Shown: positions 39,029 to 48,826 of the stretch, one piece after another | Layout of the letters: each line of letters starts with the position of its first letter | Position numbering within the stretch: the first letter of the stretch is position 1 | Assembly: GCA_023666945.1 (NCBI GenBank) | Contig: JAMPAY010000003.1 | Location: forward strand, 59,200 to 123,199 | From: Paludibacter sp. | GTDB taxonomy: Bacteria > Bacteroidota > Bacteroidia > Bacteroidales > Paludibacteraceae | Direction of reading: 5' to 3' | DNA: 64,000 bases | Made by a program: the position numbers and the translations under genes | Notes under the pieces: model-generated | Seen by the model: only the letters and a program-made list of their open reading frames with translations | The model's database searches: none | Told to the model about the DNA's origin: nothing

Positions 39029-40267
39029 ATGGGAATGCTTGCTGAAATATGGGACTCCATCGCGCGTAACCGATTCCGTACCGCCATGACCGGATTTGCC
39101 GTAGCATGGGGTATCTTTATCTTGATTGTACTATTAGGTGCAAGCAGCGGATTGCAAAATGGTATCAGCCGTTCGTTTGGCAACACCATCAGCAACAGTA
39201 TGGAAATATGGACCGGTTGGACCTCCATGCCCTACAACGGGCTCAAATCGGGAAGATACCTGCAGTTCTCCCCAAAAGAAGCACACCTCATACAACAACT
39301 GCCCGAAGTAGATAAGTTCTCTGCCGTTTGCTCATACTATGGAAAAGAAATCGCCTACAACGGTAACTACTCCAACATTACACTCAAAGGTGTCAACGGA
39401 GATTACCAGGACATCATGCGAAAAAACATCATAGCCGGACGATTTATCAACCAATTGGATGACAATCAACAAGCAAAAGTTGTTGTGCTTGACATACGTG
39501 CAGTTGAAGAAATCAACAACGGCAACACAAATATATTAGGAAAATATATCAAAATAGGCGGCATCAACTTCCGAGTGATAGGTATCTGCCAGAAAGGAGA
39601 ACGATGGGAGGGAGCGACTGCGCACATTCCTCTATCGACACATCAGGCCATCTACAGTCCCAGCAAGCAATTCGACCACATAAACCTATCGCTCAACGGA
39701 ATAGAGACGTTGGAACAATATACCCTATTTGAGAATAAGGTGCGGCAACTCTTGGCAGGCAGTATGCAATTTGCTCCTACAGATACGCAAGCCGTAGGCA
39801 CATGGTCACAGATGAAAGGTTACGAAGACCAATCGAAGGTGATGTCTGCCATACGTCTGTTTGTACTGATTATTGCGCTCTGTACTTTAGTTTCGGGGGC
39901 TGTTGGTGTGAGCAATATCATGTTGGTATCGGTAAAGGAACGCACACGCGAGATAGGTATCCGCAAGGCACTTGGGGCATCTCCGCGTACCATACTGCTT
40001 TCGATAGTGGGGGAGTCACTGCTCATCACTACGCTTTTCGGCTACATTGGCATGTTTGCCGGAATAGGATTGGTAGAACTCATTGACATGCTTATCCCCT
40101 CTACCGATGACGGACCGGGAGCAATCTTCTACCAGCCAAGTGTAGACATACCCTCGGTATTGACAGCCACACTGATACTTGTTATTGTAGGAGCAATAGC
40201 CGGATTTATGCCTGCCCGTAAGGCGGTTAACATAAAACCTATCGAAGCCATGAACGCAGACAAATAA
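39029..40267 (+). CDS. ABC transporter permease, FtsX/MacB family
   Basis: N-terminal TM, large periplasmic domain, C-terminal 3-TM FtsX module (RTREIGIRKALGA). Confidence 0.8.
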   Translation: MGMLAEIWDSIARNRFRTAMTGFAVAWGIFILIVLLGASSGLQNGISRSFGNTISNSMEIWTGWTSMPYNGLKSGRYLQFSPKEAHLIQQLPEVDKFSAVCSYYGKEIAYNGNYSNITLKGVNGDYQDIMRKNIIAGRFINQLDDNQQAKVVVLDIRAVEEINNGNTNILGKYIKIGGINFRVIGICQKGERWEGATAHIPLSTHQAIYSPSKQFDHINLSLNGIETLEQYTLFENKVRQLLAGSMQFAPTDTQAVGTWSQMKGYEDQSKVMSAIRLFVLIIALCTLVSGAVGVSNIMLVSVKERTREIGIRKALGASPRTILLSIVGESLLITTLFGYIGMFAGIGLVELIDMLIPSTDDGPGAIFYQPSVDIPSVLTATLILVIVGAIAGFMPARKAVNIKPIEAMNADK

Positions 40268-40276
40268 CACCGTAGC

Positions 40277-41518
40277 ATGGATTTTTTAAATGAAATATGG
40301 ACAACTATCACCAAGAACCGCTCACGCAGTTTGCTGACGGCCTTCGGTGTGTTTTGGGGCATGCTTATGCTTGTTGTCATGGTAGGATTGGGGCAAGCAC
40401 TAAAAAACGGCATCTTCTCATCGATTGACGGTTTTACCATGAATACCACCATCATGGGTACCGGCTATACAAGCAAACCGTACAAAGGTTTCCAACGGGG
40501 TAGACATTGGGATATCCTAACCTCCGATTTTCCTGTATTGCGCCAACAAGTGCAAGGATTGGATGCGCTTGTTCCCATGGTATTCAGCAACACCGAAGAT
40601 AACAATGTTTCTCATGCCGATCGTTATGGCACTTACAGTGTAGTGGGGGTTACCCCCGAATTTACACAAGTGCTGCGTACCGAACTTGCATACGGACGGT
40701 TCATTAACAGTATTGATATTCGCGAAAAGCGCAAGGTATGCGTTATCGGACAAGAGGTCTATAAAGTGCTCTTTCCGCAGGGCGGCAATCCTATTGGAAC
40801 AAGTATTCGTGCCAACGGAATATGGTATCAGGTGGTTGGTGTGAAACAACTTTGCACGACCGATGTATACATTGGCGGGCATCCCGACAAACAGGTGCAA
40901 GTGCCGCTTACTGCCTTGCAGCAAGCCTACAACTTAGGGGATGTCGTACACATACTGCTTGCATCCACCCAGCCCGGCGTACGGGTAAGTCAGGTAGAAA
41001 AAGGCATTAAAGACGTACTACGCCGACAGCATCAAGTGGCTCCGGACGATGAGCGTGCCATGTTTTCACAAAACGTAGAGGAGACTTTCAAGGCTATGAA
41101 CTACCTGACAATAGGGCTCAGCGCGCTCATTTGGATAATCGGATTAGGCACACTCTTTTCCGGTGCGGTAGGTGTTAGCAATATCCTGCTTGTCACGGTG
41201 CGAGAGCGTACCAAAGAAATAGGCATTCGACGTGCCATCGGAGCACCTCCATCATTGATTGCCATACAAATTTTGGCGGAGAGCACTCTCCTCACAGCCT
41301 TGGCAGGTACGATAGGCATCGTCACCGGAGTAGGACTGCTGCAACTCATCTCACCTATTCTCGACCACTCCGATGTTTTCATAAAAGACCCTCAAATAAC
41401 ATTTCCGATAGCCGTTAGCGCACTCATTATCATCATTATCATTGGTATAATTGCGGGATTATTGCCGGCAATGAGAGCATTAGCGGTAAAACCCATAGAA
41501 GCACTGAGCGAAGAATAA
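40277..41518 (+). CDS. ABC transporter permease, FtsX/MacB family (second copy)
   Basis: Same architecture (RTKEIGIRRAIGA). Confidence 0.8.
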   Translation: MDFLNEIWTTITKNRSRSLLTAFGVFWGMLMLVVMVGLGQALKNGIFSSIDGFTMNTTIMGTGYTSKPYKGFQRGRHWDILTSDFPVLRQQVQGLDALVPMVFSNTEDNNVSHADRYGTYSVVGVTPEFTQVLRTELAYGRFINSIDIREKRKVCVIGQEVYKVLFPQGGNPIGTSIRANGIWYQVVGVKQLCTTDVYIGGHPDKQVQVPLTALQQAYNLGDVVHILLASTQPGVRVSQVEKGIKDVLRRQHQVAPDDERAMFSQNVEETFKAMNYLTIGLSALIWIIGLGTLFSGAVGVSNILLVTVRERTKEIGIRRAIGAPPSLIAIQILAESTLLTALAGTIGIVTGVGLLQLISPILDHSDVFIKDPQITFPIAVSALIIIIIIGIIAGLLPAMRALAVKPIEALSEE

Positions 41519-41534
41519 GATAAACGATACAGAT

Positions 41535-42635
41535 ATGAAAAAAGCACTGAAATGGATAATCGCGGCTCTCGTAGCAATAGCCGTAGTATGGACTTTTATC
41601 TTCTTATGGAAGAAGTCGCAACCCAAACCTATAGTGTACGAAACTCACACCGTAGTACGAGGCGACATAGAGAAACGCACTGTGGTTACCGGCAAAGTAG
41701 AGCCACGCGATGAAGTGGAAATCAAACCGCAGATTTCGGGTATCGTGTCAGAACTCTACAAAGAGGCGGGGCAAACGATACGCAAAGGCGAAGCCATAGC
41801 CAAAATAAAAGTCATACCCGATATGGCGACCCTCAACAGTGCCGAATCGCGCGTACGATTGGCAAAATACAATTTGGAAAACACACGCCGTGTTTTCGAG
41901 CGCGATTCCACATTAGCCGCCCAAGGTATTGTTTCTGCGGAAGAGTACGAAAAAAGTCGCCTGCAATACCGAGCCGATCAAGAAGAATTTCAAGCAGCCG
42001 AAGATAACCTCAGTATCACCCGTGACGGAGTGGCCCAAAAGATGGACCAAGCCGGCTATTCCAATACATTGGTAAAATCCACTATTGCCGGCACCATCCT
42101 CAACATCCCCGTAAAGGTTGGAAACTCGGTCATTCTCAGCAATACCTTCAACGACGGTACTACCATTGCCACCGTTGCCGATCTCAGCGATATGCTCTTT
42201 GTCGGACAAATGGACGAAACGGAAGTAGGCAAACTGCGCGAAGGAATGCCTATGGAACTCATCATCGGTGCCATGAACGAACAGCGGTTTAGTGCCGTAT
42301 TGGAGTATATATCTCCCAAAGGCACCGAATCGAACGGGGCTATGATGTTCGAAATAAAAGGAGCGGCACATATTCCCGACAGCGTGCATATCCGTGCAGG
42401 ATATAGTGCCAATGCCGAAATAGTGCTCAATCGACGTGCCGATGTACTTACGTTGGCGGAAGCGGCTATCGCCTTTGAGGGCGATAAAGCCTATGTAGAA
42501 TATATAACCGACACCCTTACGCAAGCATCCGAACGCCGTGAAGTTGAGATAGGATTATCCGATGGCATCAATATCGAAATCAAAAGCGGACTTGCAGAAG
42601 GCGACCGCATACGAGGCAATGCCAAAGCCGAATAA
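41535..42635 (+). CDS. Efflux periplasmic adaptor subunit (HlyD/MFP family)
   Basis: N-terminal TM anchor, coiled-coil and lipoyl/beta-barrel segments typical of membrane fusion proteins. Confidence 0.75.
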   Translation: MKKALKWIIAALVAIAVVWTFIFLWKKSQPKPIVYETHTVVRGDIEKRTVVTGKVEPRDEVEIKPQISGIVSELYKEAGQTIRKGEAIAKIKVIPDMATLNSAESRVRLAKYNLENTRRVFERDSTLAAQGIVSAEEYEKSRLQYRADQEEFQAAEDNLSITRDGVAQKMDQAGYSNTLVKSTIAGTILNIPVKVGNSVILSNTFNDGTTIATVADLSDMLFVGQMDETEVGKLREGMPMELIIGAMNEQRFSAVLEYISPKGTESNGAMMFEIKGAAHIPDSVHIRAGYSANAEIVLNRRADVLTLAEAAIAFEGDKAYVEYITDTLTQASERREVEIGLSDGINIEIKSGLAEGDRIRGNAKAE

Positions 42636-42665
42636 GCATCACCATCCATTACATCATCTGTCGCT

Positions 42666-43973
42666 ATGAAACATACCGCACTAATCATCCTTTTGGCAGG
42701 CGTACTACCTTTGTTTGCCTCAGCGGAAACATATACGCTTGAGCAATGCATTGATATTGCCATTCGCAACAACAACGAACGGCAACGACAAGACAATCAG
42801 TACAATGCATTACAACTTGAATATGCACAAGCCCGACATAACCTTCTTCCGTATGTCAGCGGTTCGGTGGGTCAAAGTTGGGTATTCGGACGCAGTATCG
42901 GTGCCGACAATATCTCCCACACCCAAAACTCCTCACAGACATCTTTCAATCTCTCCGCCAATCTCACGCTCTTTGACGGGCTACGCATGAAATTTCGTAT
43001 TGATGAAGCACGTGCCGCCATGCAAGCATCGGCACAAGATGTAAAAACCCTTGAAGCCGACATCACCATGAACATTTCTGCCATGTTCCTGCAAGTCTTG
43101 CTCAACAAAGAATTGCTCCTTGTGGCGCAAAATCGGCTCGAAGACACACGCCGCAAAGTAGAAAAAACGGAAGCACTCATTGCTGCCGAACGTATGGCAC
43201 AAGGAGAAATCTATACCTTGCGGGCACAACAAGGAAAAGAAGAACTGGCCTGCACACAAGCAGAAAATGACTTGCGCCTCTCTCTGCTTGATTTGGCACA
43301 AGCCATGGAATTGGAAGATTTTGCATCGTTTGACATTGTTCAGCCGTCAAGCGATAAATTGGAAGGGCGTCTATTGCCCGATAAAGACGAAATCTATACA
43401 TTGGCACTACAAAATCGCCCCGAACTCAAATCAGCACAACTGACTTTGCAAGCTAACCAAAGTGCACTCAAAGCCGCCAAAGCGGCTTATTCACCCACTA
43501 TAGCAGCAGGAGCCAATCTCGGTACGGGGTATTACAACATGAACGGAGCAGAAAACGACAAATTCGGTAAGCAATTGGGCGACAACCTCAGTACCGCTGT
43601 CGGGCTCACGCTCAATGTTCCTCTTTTTACACAGATGCAAACCACTAACGGTGTACGTCGGGCCAAGTTGAATATCCAAGATTCACAACTGAGACTCGAA
43701 CAAGTAAAAAAAGAACTGCGGAAAAATATAGACCAAGCCTATTATAACGCCTTAGCAGCACAAACAAAACAAATAAGTGCACAAAAAGCATTGCAAGCAG
43801 CAGAAGAGGCACTACGCTATGCCGAACAGAAATACGAAAGCGGAAGAGCATCGGTATACGAACTATACGAAGCCAAAAACACATATATCCAAGCACAATC
43901 CGAACAACTACAAGCACAATACGACTATCTCTTCAAATACGAAATACTCAATTATTATACCGCATTACGTTGA
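42666..43973 (+). CDS. TolC-family outer-membrane efflux channel
   Basis: Signal peptide. Two repeats of coiled-coil/beta-strand OEP modules (TLEQCIDIAIRNNNE...). Confidence 0.8.
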   Translation: MKHTALIILLAGVLPLFASAETYTLEQCIDIAIRNNNERQRQDNQYNALQLEYAQARHNLLPYVSGSVGQSWVFGRSIGADNISHTQNSSQTSFNLSANLTLFDGLRMKFRIDEARAAMQASAQDVKTLEADITMNISAMFLQVLLNKELLLVAQNRLEDTRRKVEKTEALIAAERMAQGEIYTLRAQQGKEELACTQAENDLRLSLLDLAQAMELEDFASFDIVQPSSDKLEGRLLPDKDEIYTLALQNRPELKSAQLTLQANQSALKAAKAAYSPTIAAGANLGTGYYNMNGAENDKFGKQLGDNLSTAVGLTLNVPLFTQMQTTNGVRRAKLNIQDSQLRLEQVKKELRKNIDQAYYNALAAQTKQISAQKALQAAEEALRYAEQKYESGRASVYELYEAKNTYIQAQSEQLQAQYDYLFKYEILNYYTALR

Positions 43974-44039
43974 TTCTGCCGCTCAGATTATATTCATATA
44001 GATAAGATTCAGTAGCCACCGCTACAAAACACCTCTATT

Positions 44040-44075
44040 CAACCGCTTTGTATGTATAATCATACAAAGCGGTTG
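44040..44075 (+). terminator. Terminator hairpin (15-bp perfect stem CAACCGCTTTGTATG/CATACAAAGCGGTTG, loop TATAAT)
   Basis: Direct reading downstream of the TolC gene. Confidence 0.65.
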
Positions 44076-44199
44076 CTTTAATTTTCACACAACCGAATGC
44101 AAAATGTAAGTATCCGTTATTTGCCGATTCATGCACCTATCAGGACATTGAAACGGCTTTGTAATACATACAGACTCTATTCCGTTTCAAAAAAAAGTT

Positions 44200-44207
44200 G
44201 TAACTTT
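44200..44207 (+). promoter_or_regulatory. -7 promoter box TAACTTTG for chrA pair
   Basis: 38 nt upstream of preferred start 44245. Confidence 0.4.
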
Positions 44208-44244
44208 GCGCCCGCTTAACAACCGACTTTACAATCAGTTAATT

Positions 44245-44802
44245 ATGCGTGAACAACTAAGGATTTACCGACAACTATTTTGGACTTTTCTAAAAATAGG
44301 AGCCTTCACCTTAGGCGGAGGATATGCCATGATACCTTTGGTACAACGGGAGGTGGTTGATCGCCAACACTGGATTGAAGAAGAAGAATTCCTCAACATG
44401 TTGGCATTGGCTCAGTCAGCCCCCGGCGTCATGGCCGTCAATACAGCCATCTTTATCGGGTATAAGATTCGAGGTTGGAAAGGAGTTATTGTTACCACAT
44501 TGGGAAGTATACTGCCCTCTTTTGTCATCATTCTACTCATTGCCACCGTTTTTATGCGCTTCAAAGAATATCCCGCTGTGGAAGCCATCTTCCGCGGAAT
44601 ACGACCTGCAGTTGTTGCACTCATTGCCGCACCGCTCTACAAAATGGCAAAAACCGCCAAAATAACATGGCTTACAGCCATCATTCCCGTGGCAGCCGCA
44701 TTACTCATCCGGTTCTTACACCTTTCACCCATATGGGTCATTCTAATAACCATAGTAGCCGGCATACTATACGCTAAGATGAAAGAGAAAAACAACCAGT
44801 AA
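44245..44802 (+). CDS. chrA: Chromate transporter ChrA, short-chain (N-half homolog)
   Basis: FLKIGAFTLGGGYAMIPL CHR signature. About 185 aa, so half-size. Confidence 0.75.
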   Translation: MREQLRIYRQLFWTFLKIGAFTLGGGYAMIPLVQREVVDRQHWIEEEEFLNMLALAQSAPGVMAVNTAIFIGYKIRGWKGVIVTTLGSILPSFVIILLIATVFMRFKEYPAVEAIFRGIRPAVVALIAAPLYKMAKTAKITWLTAIIPVAAALLIRFLHLSPIWVILITIVAGILYAKMKEKNNQ

Positions 44803-44804
44803 TC

Positions 44805-45329
44805 ATGATATACCTCCAACTCTTCCTTTCCTTCTTCAAAATAGGTCTCTTCGGTTTCGGAGGGGGATATGCAATATTGAGCCTCATACAACATGAGATA
44901 GACCGTTATGGTTGGATGACATCCGATGAGTTCGTTGATATGGTGGCTGTCAGCCAAATGACCCCCGGTCCCATAGGCATCAATTCGGCCACCTATGTAG
45001 GATATACCGTTACCGATAGTGTTTTGGGAAGTGCCGTAGCCACCTTTGCCATCATACTTCCCTCACTCATTATTATGCTTACACTTTGCCGTATCTATTT
45101 TCGGCTGAAAGACAATGTTTATGTAGCCACCGTCTTAAAGGGTCTGCGCATGGTCGTTATCGGACTCATTGCCGCAGCAGCCCTTTCACTCATGACACCC
45201 GACAACTTCATTGACTATTTCAGTTATCTGATTTTTGCCGCAACATTCATCGCAACACTCTGCTTCAATCTTAACCCCATACTACTCATATGCCTCTGCG
45301 GAATAGCAGGATATATAATCTATAACTGA
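44805..45329 (+). CDS. chrA: Chromate transporter ChrA, short-chain (C-half homolog)
   Basis: FFKIGLFGFGGGYAILSL CHR signature. Stop/start 3 nt apart from the first half. Confidence 0.75.
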   Translation: MIYLQLFLSFFKIGLFGFGGGYAILSLIQHEIDRYGWMTSDEFVDMVAVSQMTPGPIGINSATYVGYTVTDSVLGSAVATFAIILPSLIIMLTLCRIYFRLKDNVYVATVLKGLRMVVIGLIAAAALSLMTPDNFIDYFSYLIFAATFIATLCFNLNPILLICLCGIAGYIIYN

Positions 45330-45331
45330 AA

Positions 45332-46114
45332 TCAACCCGCAACCAAACAACTTATCTCCATCGATTTCAAACGACTCTTTATCTCACTCGGTATCGCCTT
45401 ATCGGTAACCACAGTTTGAATTTGGTCAACATTCGCGATGTGAACCAAACTGCGCTTATTGAACTTACTGTAATCGCACACGGCAATCACCTCCCTTGAT
45501 ATACTTATCATCGTCTGATTTATACTCGCCTCCTCAATATCCGGAGTTGATATGCCGCGCTCTATACTGAAACTATCCACCCCCAAAAATAACTTGTCGC
45601 AATACAAGTTCTTCAACGTTGCTTCCGCAAACGGTCCAACCATACTCTGAGAGGCACTACGTATGTAACCTCCCAACAATATAACCTTAAAACGATTATA
45701 TTGCAGCACCTCCGCTGCTATATTCAAGGCATTTGTTATAATGGTCAGATTAGTGAACTTATCTAAATTTTTCGCAATCTCTAAGGTGGTAGTACCCGAA
45801 TCTATCAATATCGTCTCCCCCTCTTTTATCAACGCAGCAGCCAACCTGCCTATAGCACGTTTCTCCTGAAAGTTATATAACTTCTTATGTGCTATAGGAG
45901 TATCTGTCTTGTTATTCAACACAGGTATACGCATAGCACCCCCACGCGTACGAAGCAACAAATTACGCTTTTGCAACGTTGTCAGATCCTTACGGATGGT
46001 AACCTCCGATATGGCAAATCGGTCGCTTAATTCTTTCACCGAAATCTCTTGCCGCTCACTCAACAAGTTAATGATTTTCGCATGTCGTTCACGCGTTGAA
46101 GCACTCTGATCCAT
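45332..46114 (-). CDS. DeoR/GlpR-family transcriptional repressor (AgaR-like)
   Basis: N-terminal HTH (RHAKIINLLSERQEISVKELSDRFAISEVTIRKDL), C-terminal DeoR sugar-phosphate-binding domain. Divergent from the aga-like operon. Confidence 0.8.
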   Translation of the reverse strand: MDQSASTRERHAKIINLLSERQEISVKELSDRFAISEVTIRKDLTTLQKRNLLLRTRGGAMRIPVLNNKTDTPIAHKKLYNFQEKRAIGRLAAALIKEGETILIDSGTTTLEIAKNLDKFTNLTIITNALNIAAEVLQYNRFKVILLGGYIRSASQSMVGPFAEATLKNLYCDKLFLGVDSFSIERGISTPDIEEASINQTMISISREVIAVCDYSKFNKRSLVHIANVDQIQTVVTDKAIPSEIKSRLKSMEISCLVAG

Positions 46115-46145
46115 AATATCACACATTAGATACTGATTATTGTTA

Positions 46146-46269
46146 CTTTCGAAACACAAAACAACCTTTCGTTAAAAAGGTTTCGAAACGTTTCGCAAAG
46201 ATACTGTTTTATTCCTTTTCCACCAACTTTCACCTCAAAAAAGCACGCTTTCGAAACACTCCGAAAGCG
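46146..46269. promoter_or_regulatory. Candidate DeoR operator array: palindrome (C/G)TTTCGAAAC at 46146, 46180 and 46247, plus inverted repeat CGCTTTCG-N8-CGAAAGCG at 46246-46269
   Basis: Direct reading. Also contains a -7 box for the DeoR gene (CAAAGATA on plus, 46196-46203). Confidence 0.45.
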
Positions 46270-46315
46270 TTTTTCACATATTACACAATATATAATATAT
46301 TGATTACAAGTATAT

Positions 46316-46325
46316 TACCCCCCCC
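46316..46325. repeat. Homopolymeric C10 tract
   Basis: TATTACCCCCCCCCCGGAAAAG, ~60 bp upstream of the agaS -7 box. Confidence 0.9.
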
Positions 46326-46382
46326 CCGGAAAAGTATGTTATACAACATAAGTTTTCGTTCTTCTACCGATTGCTGGTTTCA

Positions 46383-46390
46383 TAATTTTG
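46383..46390 (+). promoter_or_regulatory. -7 promoter box TAATTTTG for agaS operon
   Basis: 64 nt upstream of ATG 46454. Confidence 0.4.
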
Positions 46391-46453
46391 TAACGCACCA
46401 AAGTGCCATTAAAGCATAATCAACTTTTTGTAAGAACATATACTTGTTTATCT

Positions 46454-47575
46454 ATGCAATCGAACACTTATAGAGAAATCTTGCAACAGCCACGTATGTG
46501 GCTCGAAGAATGGAACAACATGGTGAGCCAAAAAGACACCATAGCCCGTTTCATGCACACCTATCTCACCCCTGATACCGACATTATTCTCACCGGAGCA
46601 GGAACATCGGCTTTTATTGGCGATACATTGGAAGCAATACTGCATCAAGGACCTTTTAGAAATGCCCGCGCCGTCGCCACAACCGATCTTATTACACATG
46701 CCGCCGACTATCTGCGTCCCGATAAGCCGTTATTGCTTATCTCTTTCGCACGTTCGGGAAGTAGCCCGGAGAGTGTCGGTGCTATTAATATAGCCAACAA
46801 ACTATGCTCCAACATCGCACACATATTCATCACATGTAACCAACAAGGCGAATTGGCACACATGGCAGAAGGACACCCTAACAGTTTATTACTCCTTCTT
46901 CCACCTGAAACCAACGACAAAAGCCTGGCTATGACCAGTAGTTTCAGCACCATGTTGTTGTCATGTGTACTCCTTGCGCATATTGATGAAATAGAGACAC
47001 AACAATCTGTTGTCGGTGCACTTGCCCAAAACGCTACCGCCATTATCAACAACTGCCAATCGGCACTGCAACAAATCGCAGAACAACATTTCGAACGAGC
47101 AGTGTTCTTGGGCTCCGGGCCCATGAAAGGCATTGCCGAAGAATGCCACCTCAAGTTGCAAGAACTCACGGATGGCATGGTTGTATGCAAATTCGATTCT
47201 TTCCTCGGATTCAGACACGGTCCTAAAGCGGTCATAAACGACAAAACAGTTGTCGTCTATCTCTTATCCGACAACGAAGATGTATTGCGTTACGAGCGTG
47301 ACCTTATTGCACAAATCAACTCAAACAACCAACTCGTGGCGCAGATTGCCGTTTCTTGCGGAACACCCGTCGATATACCCGGTGTTACTTACGATTTGCA
47401 AGCCGTACTGCCCAACACATCCGCTACCGCAGGCGAAGCCGTATGTCTTCCCTACGTATTGGTAGGACAACTTCTTGGTTTCTACAAATCAAAAGCAGTC
47501 GGACTAAGTCCTGACAGCCCCTCCGTATCCGGTAATATCTCACGCGTAGTAGAAGGAGTTACCATTTACGAATAA
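46454..47575 (+). CDS. agaS: SIS-domain sugar-phosphate isomerase/deaminase (AgaS/GlmS-C-like; galactosamine-6-P to tagatose-6-P)
   Basis: Two SIS domains (ILTGAGTSAF..., LLISFARSGSSPES, VFLGSGPMKGIAEECHLKLQEL). Confidence 0.7.
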   Translation: MQSNTYREILQQPRMWLEEWNNMVSQKDTIARFMHTYLTPDTDIILTGAGTSAFIGDTLEAILHQGPFRNARAVATTDLITHAADYLRPDKPLLLISFARSGSSPESVGAINIANKLCSNIAHIFITCNQQGELAHMAEGHPNSLLLLLPPETNDKSLAMTSSFSTMLLSCVLLAHIDEIETQQSVVGALAQNATAIINNCQSALQQIAEQHFERAVFLGSGPMKGIAEECHLKLQELTDGMVVCKFDSFLGFRHGPKAVINDKTVVVYLLSDNEDVLRYERDLIAQINSNNQLVAQIAVSCGTPVDIPGVTYDLQAVLPNTSATAGEAVCLPYVLVGQLLGFYKSKAVGLSPDSPSVSGNISRVVEGVTIYE

Positions 47576-47599
47576 TCATCACATTAACAACTTACAACT

Positions 47600-48826
47600 A
47601 TGGCTAAAACCGAAAATATCTTACACCGAATGGAGCAACTCAAAGAGGCAACAGGCGTTTCCCGTACTTTGTTTGCCGCTTGCCCCAATTCCATATCAGT
47701 TATAAAAGCCTCATTTCGTGCTGCCAAACGCAATAACGCCCCCATTTATTTCGCCACAACACTCAATCAGGTAGATTGCGACGGAGGATACACAGGCATG
47801 ACGCAAGCCGAATTTACACGCATCCTCGCACGCGAAGCCGAAGCCGTAAACTATACAGGTCCCTATGTGGTTGCCATTGACCACGGAGGACCATGGCTCA
47901 AAGATATACAAAGTATCGAACGTTGGAATACAGAACGTGCCATGGAGGGCGTTAAAAAGTCTTACGAAGCCGCCATACTTGCCGGATACGACCTCATCCA
48001 TGTTGATCCTACTGTAGATATTTTTCTGCCTAAGGGCGAAATAATTAACATACATACCGTAGCCCAACGCACCGTAGAACTCATCAAACATGCCGAAGAT
48101 TTCCGCAAAGCCAATGGAATGGCACCTATCAGTTACGAAGTAGGCACCGAAGAAGTACACGGAGGATTGGCTGACGAAACAACTTTCGATACATTCCTCT
48201 CCGACCTTAAAAAAGGATTGACCGAAGCAGGTTTGCCCGACATTTGGCCCATATTCATTGTCGGGAAAGTCGGCACCGATCTCCACACCGCCACCTTTGA
48301 CCCCGAAGTAGCGAAATCGCTCACCGCCAAAGTACGTCCTTATGGCAGTTACATCAAAGGACATTACACCGACGGAGTTACCAATCCGGAAGCATACCCG
48401 CTCAGCGGAATGGGAGCCGCCAACGTAGGTCCTGAATTTACCATGAGCGAATACGATGCATTGGCAGAATTGGAGCAGGTTGAGCAACGTCTCTTTGCCG
48501 AAGGAAAGATTGCCCAATGCTCACACATCACCCATGTATTGTGGCAAATGGTGTACGCGTCAGGACGGTGGAAAAAGTGGCTGCACGGAGAAGAAGTAGG
48601 ACACGACCTCAAAGAAGTATCGCCCGAACGACAACTCTGGTTAGTGAAAACAGGATGCCGCTATATATGGCAAAAACCCGAAGCATTAGTCGCACGCCAA
48701 CTCCTCTATGACAATCTGCAACATTTTGGCATACAAGCAGAAGATATTGTACTCATGCGTATCGAACACGATATGGACAAGTACTACAACGCTTTCAATA
48801 TTGTCAATCTTAACGATGCTTTATAA
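47600..48826 (+). CDS. kbaZ: Tagatose-bisphosphate aldolase accessory/non-catalytic subunit, GatZ/KbaZ family
   Basis: ~408 aa. TLFAACPNSISVIKASFRAA, VAIDHGGPW motifs of the GatZ/KbaZ family. Confidence 0.65.
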   Translation: MAKTENILHRMEQLKEATGVSRTLFAACPNSISVIKASFRAAKRNNAPIYFATTLNQVDCDGGYTGMTQAEFTRILAREAEAVNYTGPYVVAIDHGGPWLKDIQSIERWNTERAMEGVKKSYEAAILAGYDLIHVDPTVDIFLPKGEIINIHTVAQRTVELIKHAEDFRKANGMAPISYEVGTEEVHGGLADETTFDTFLSDLKKGLTEAGLPDIWPIFIVGKVGTDLHTATFDPEVAKSLTAKVRPYGSYIKGHYTDGVTNPEAYPLSGMGAANVGPEFTMSEYDALAELEQVEQRLFAEGKIAQCSHITHVLWQMVYASGRWKKWLHGEEVGHDLKEVSPERQLWLVKTGCRYIWQKPEALVARQLLYDNLQHFGIQAEDIVLMRIEHDMDKYYNAFNIVNLNDAL

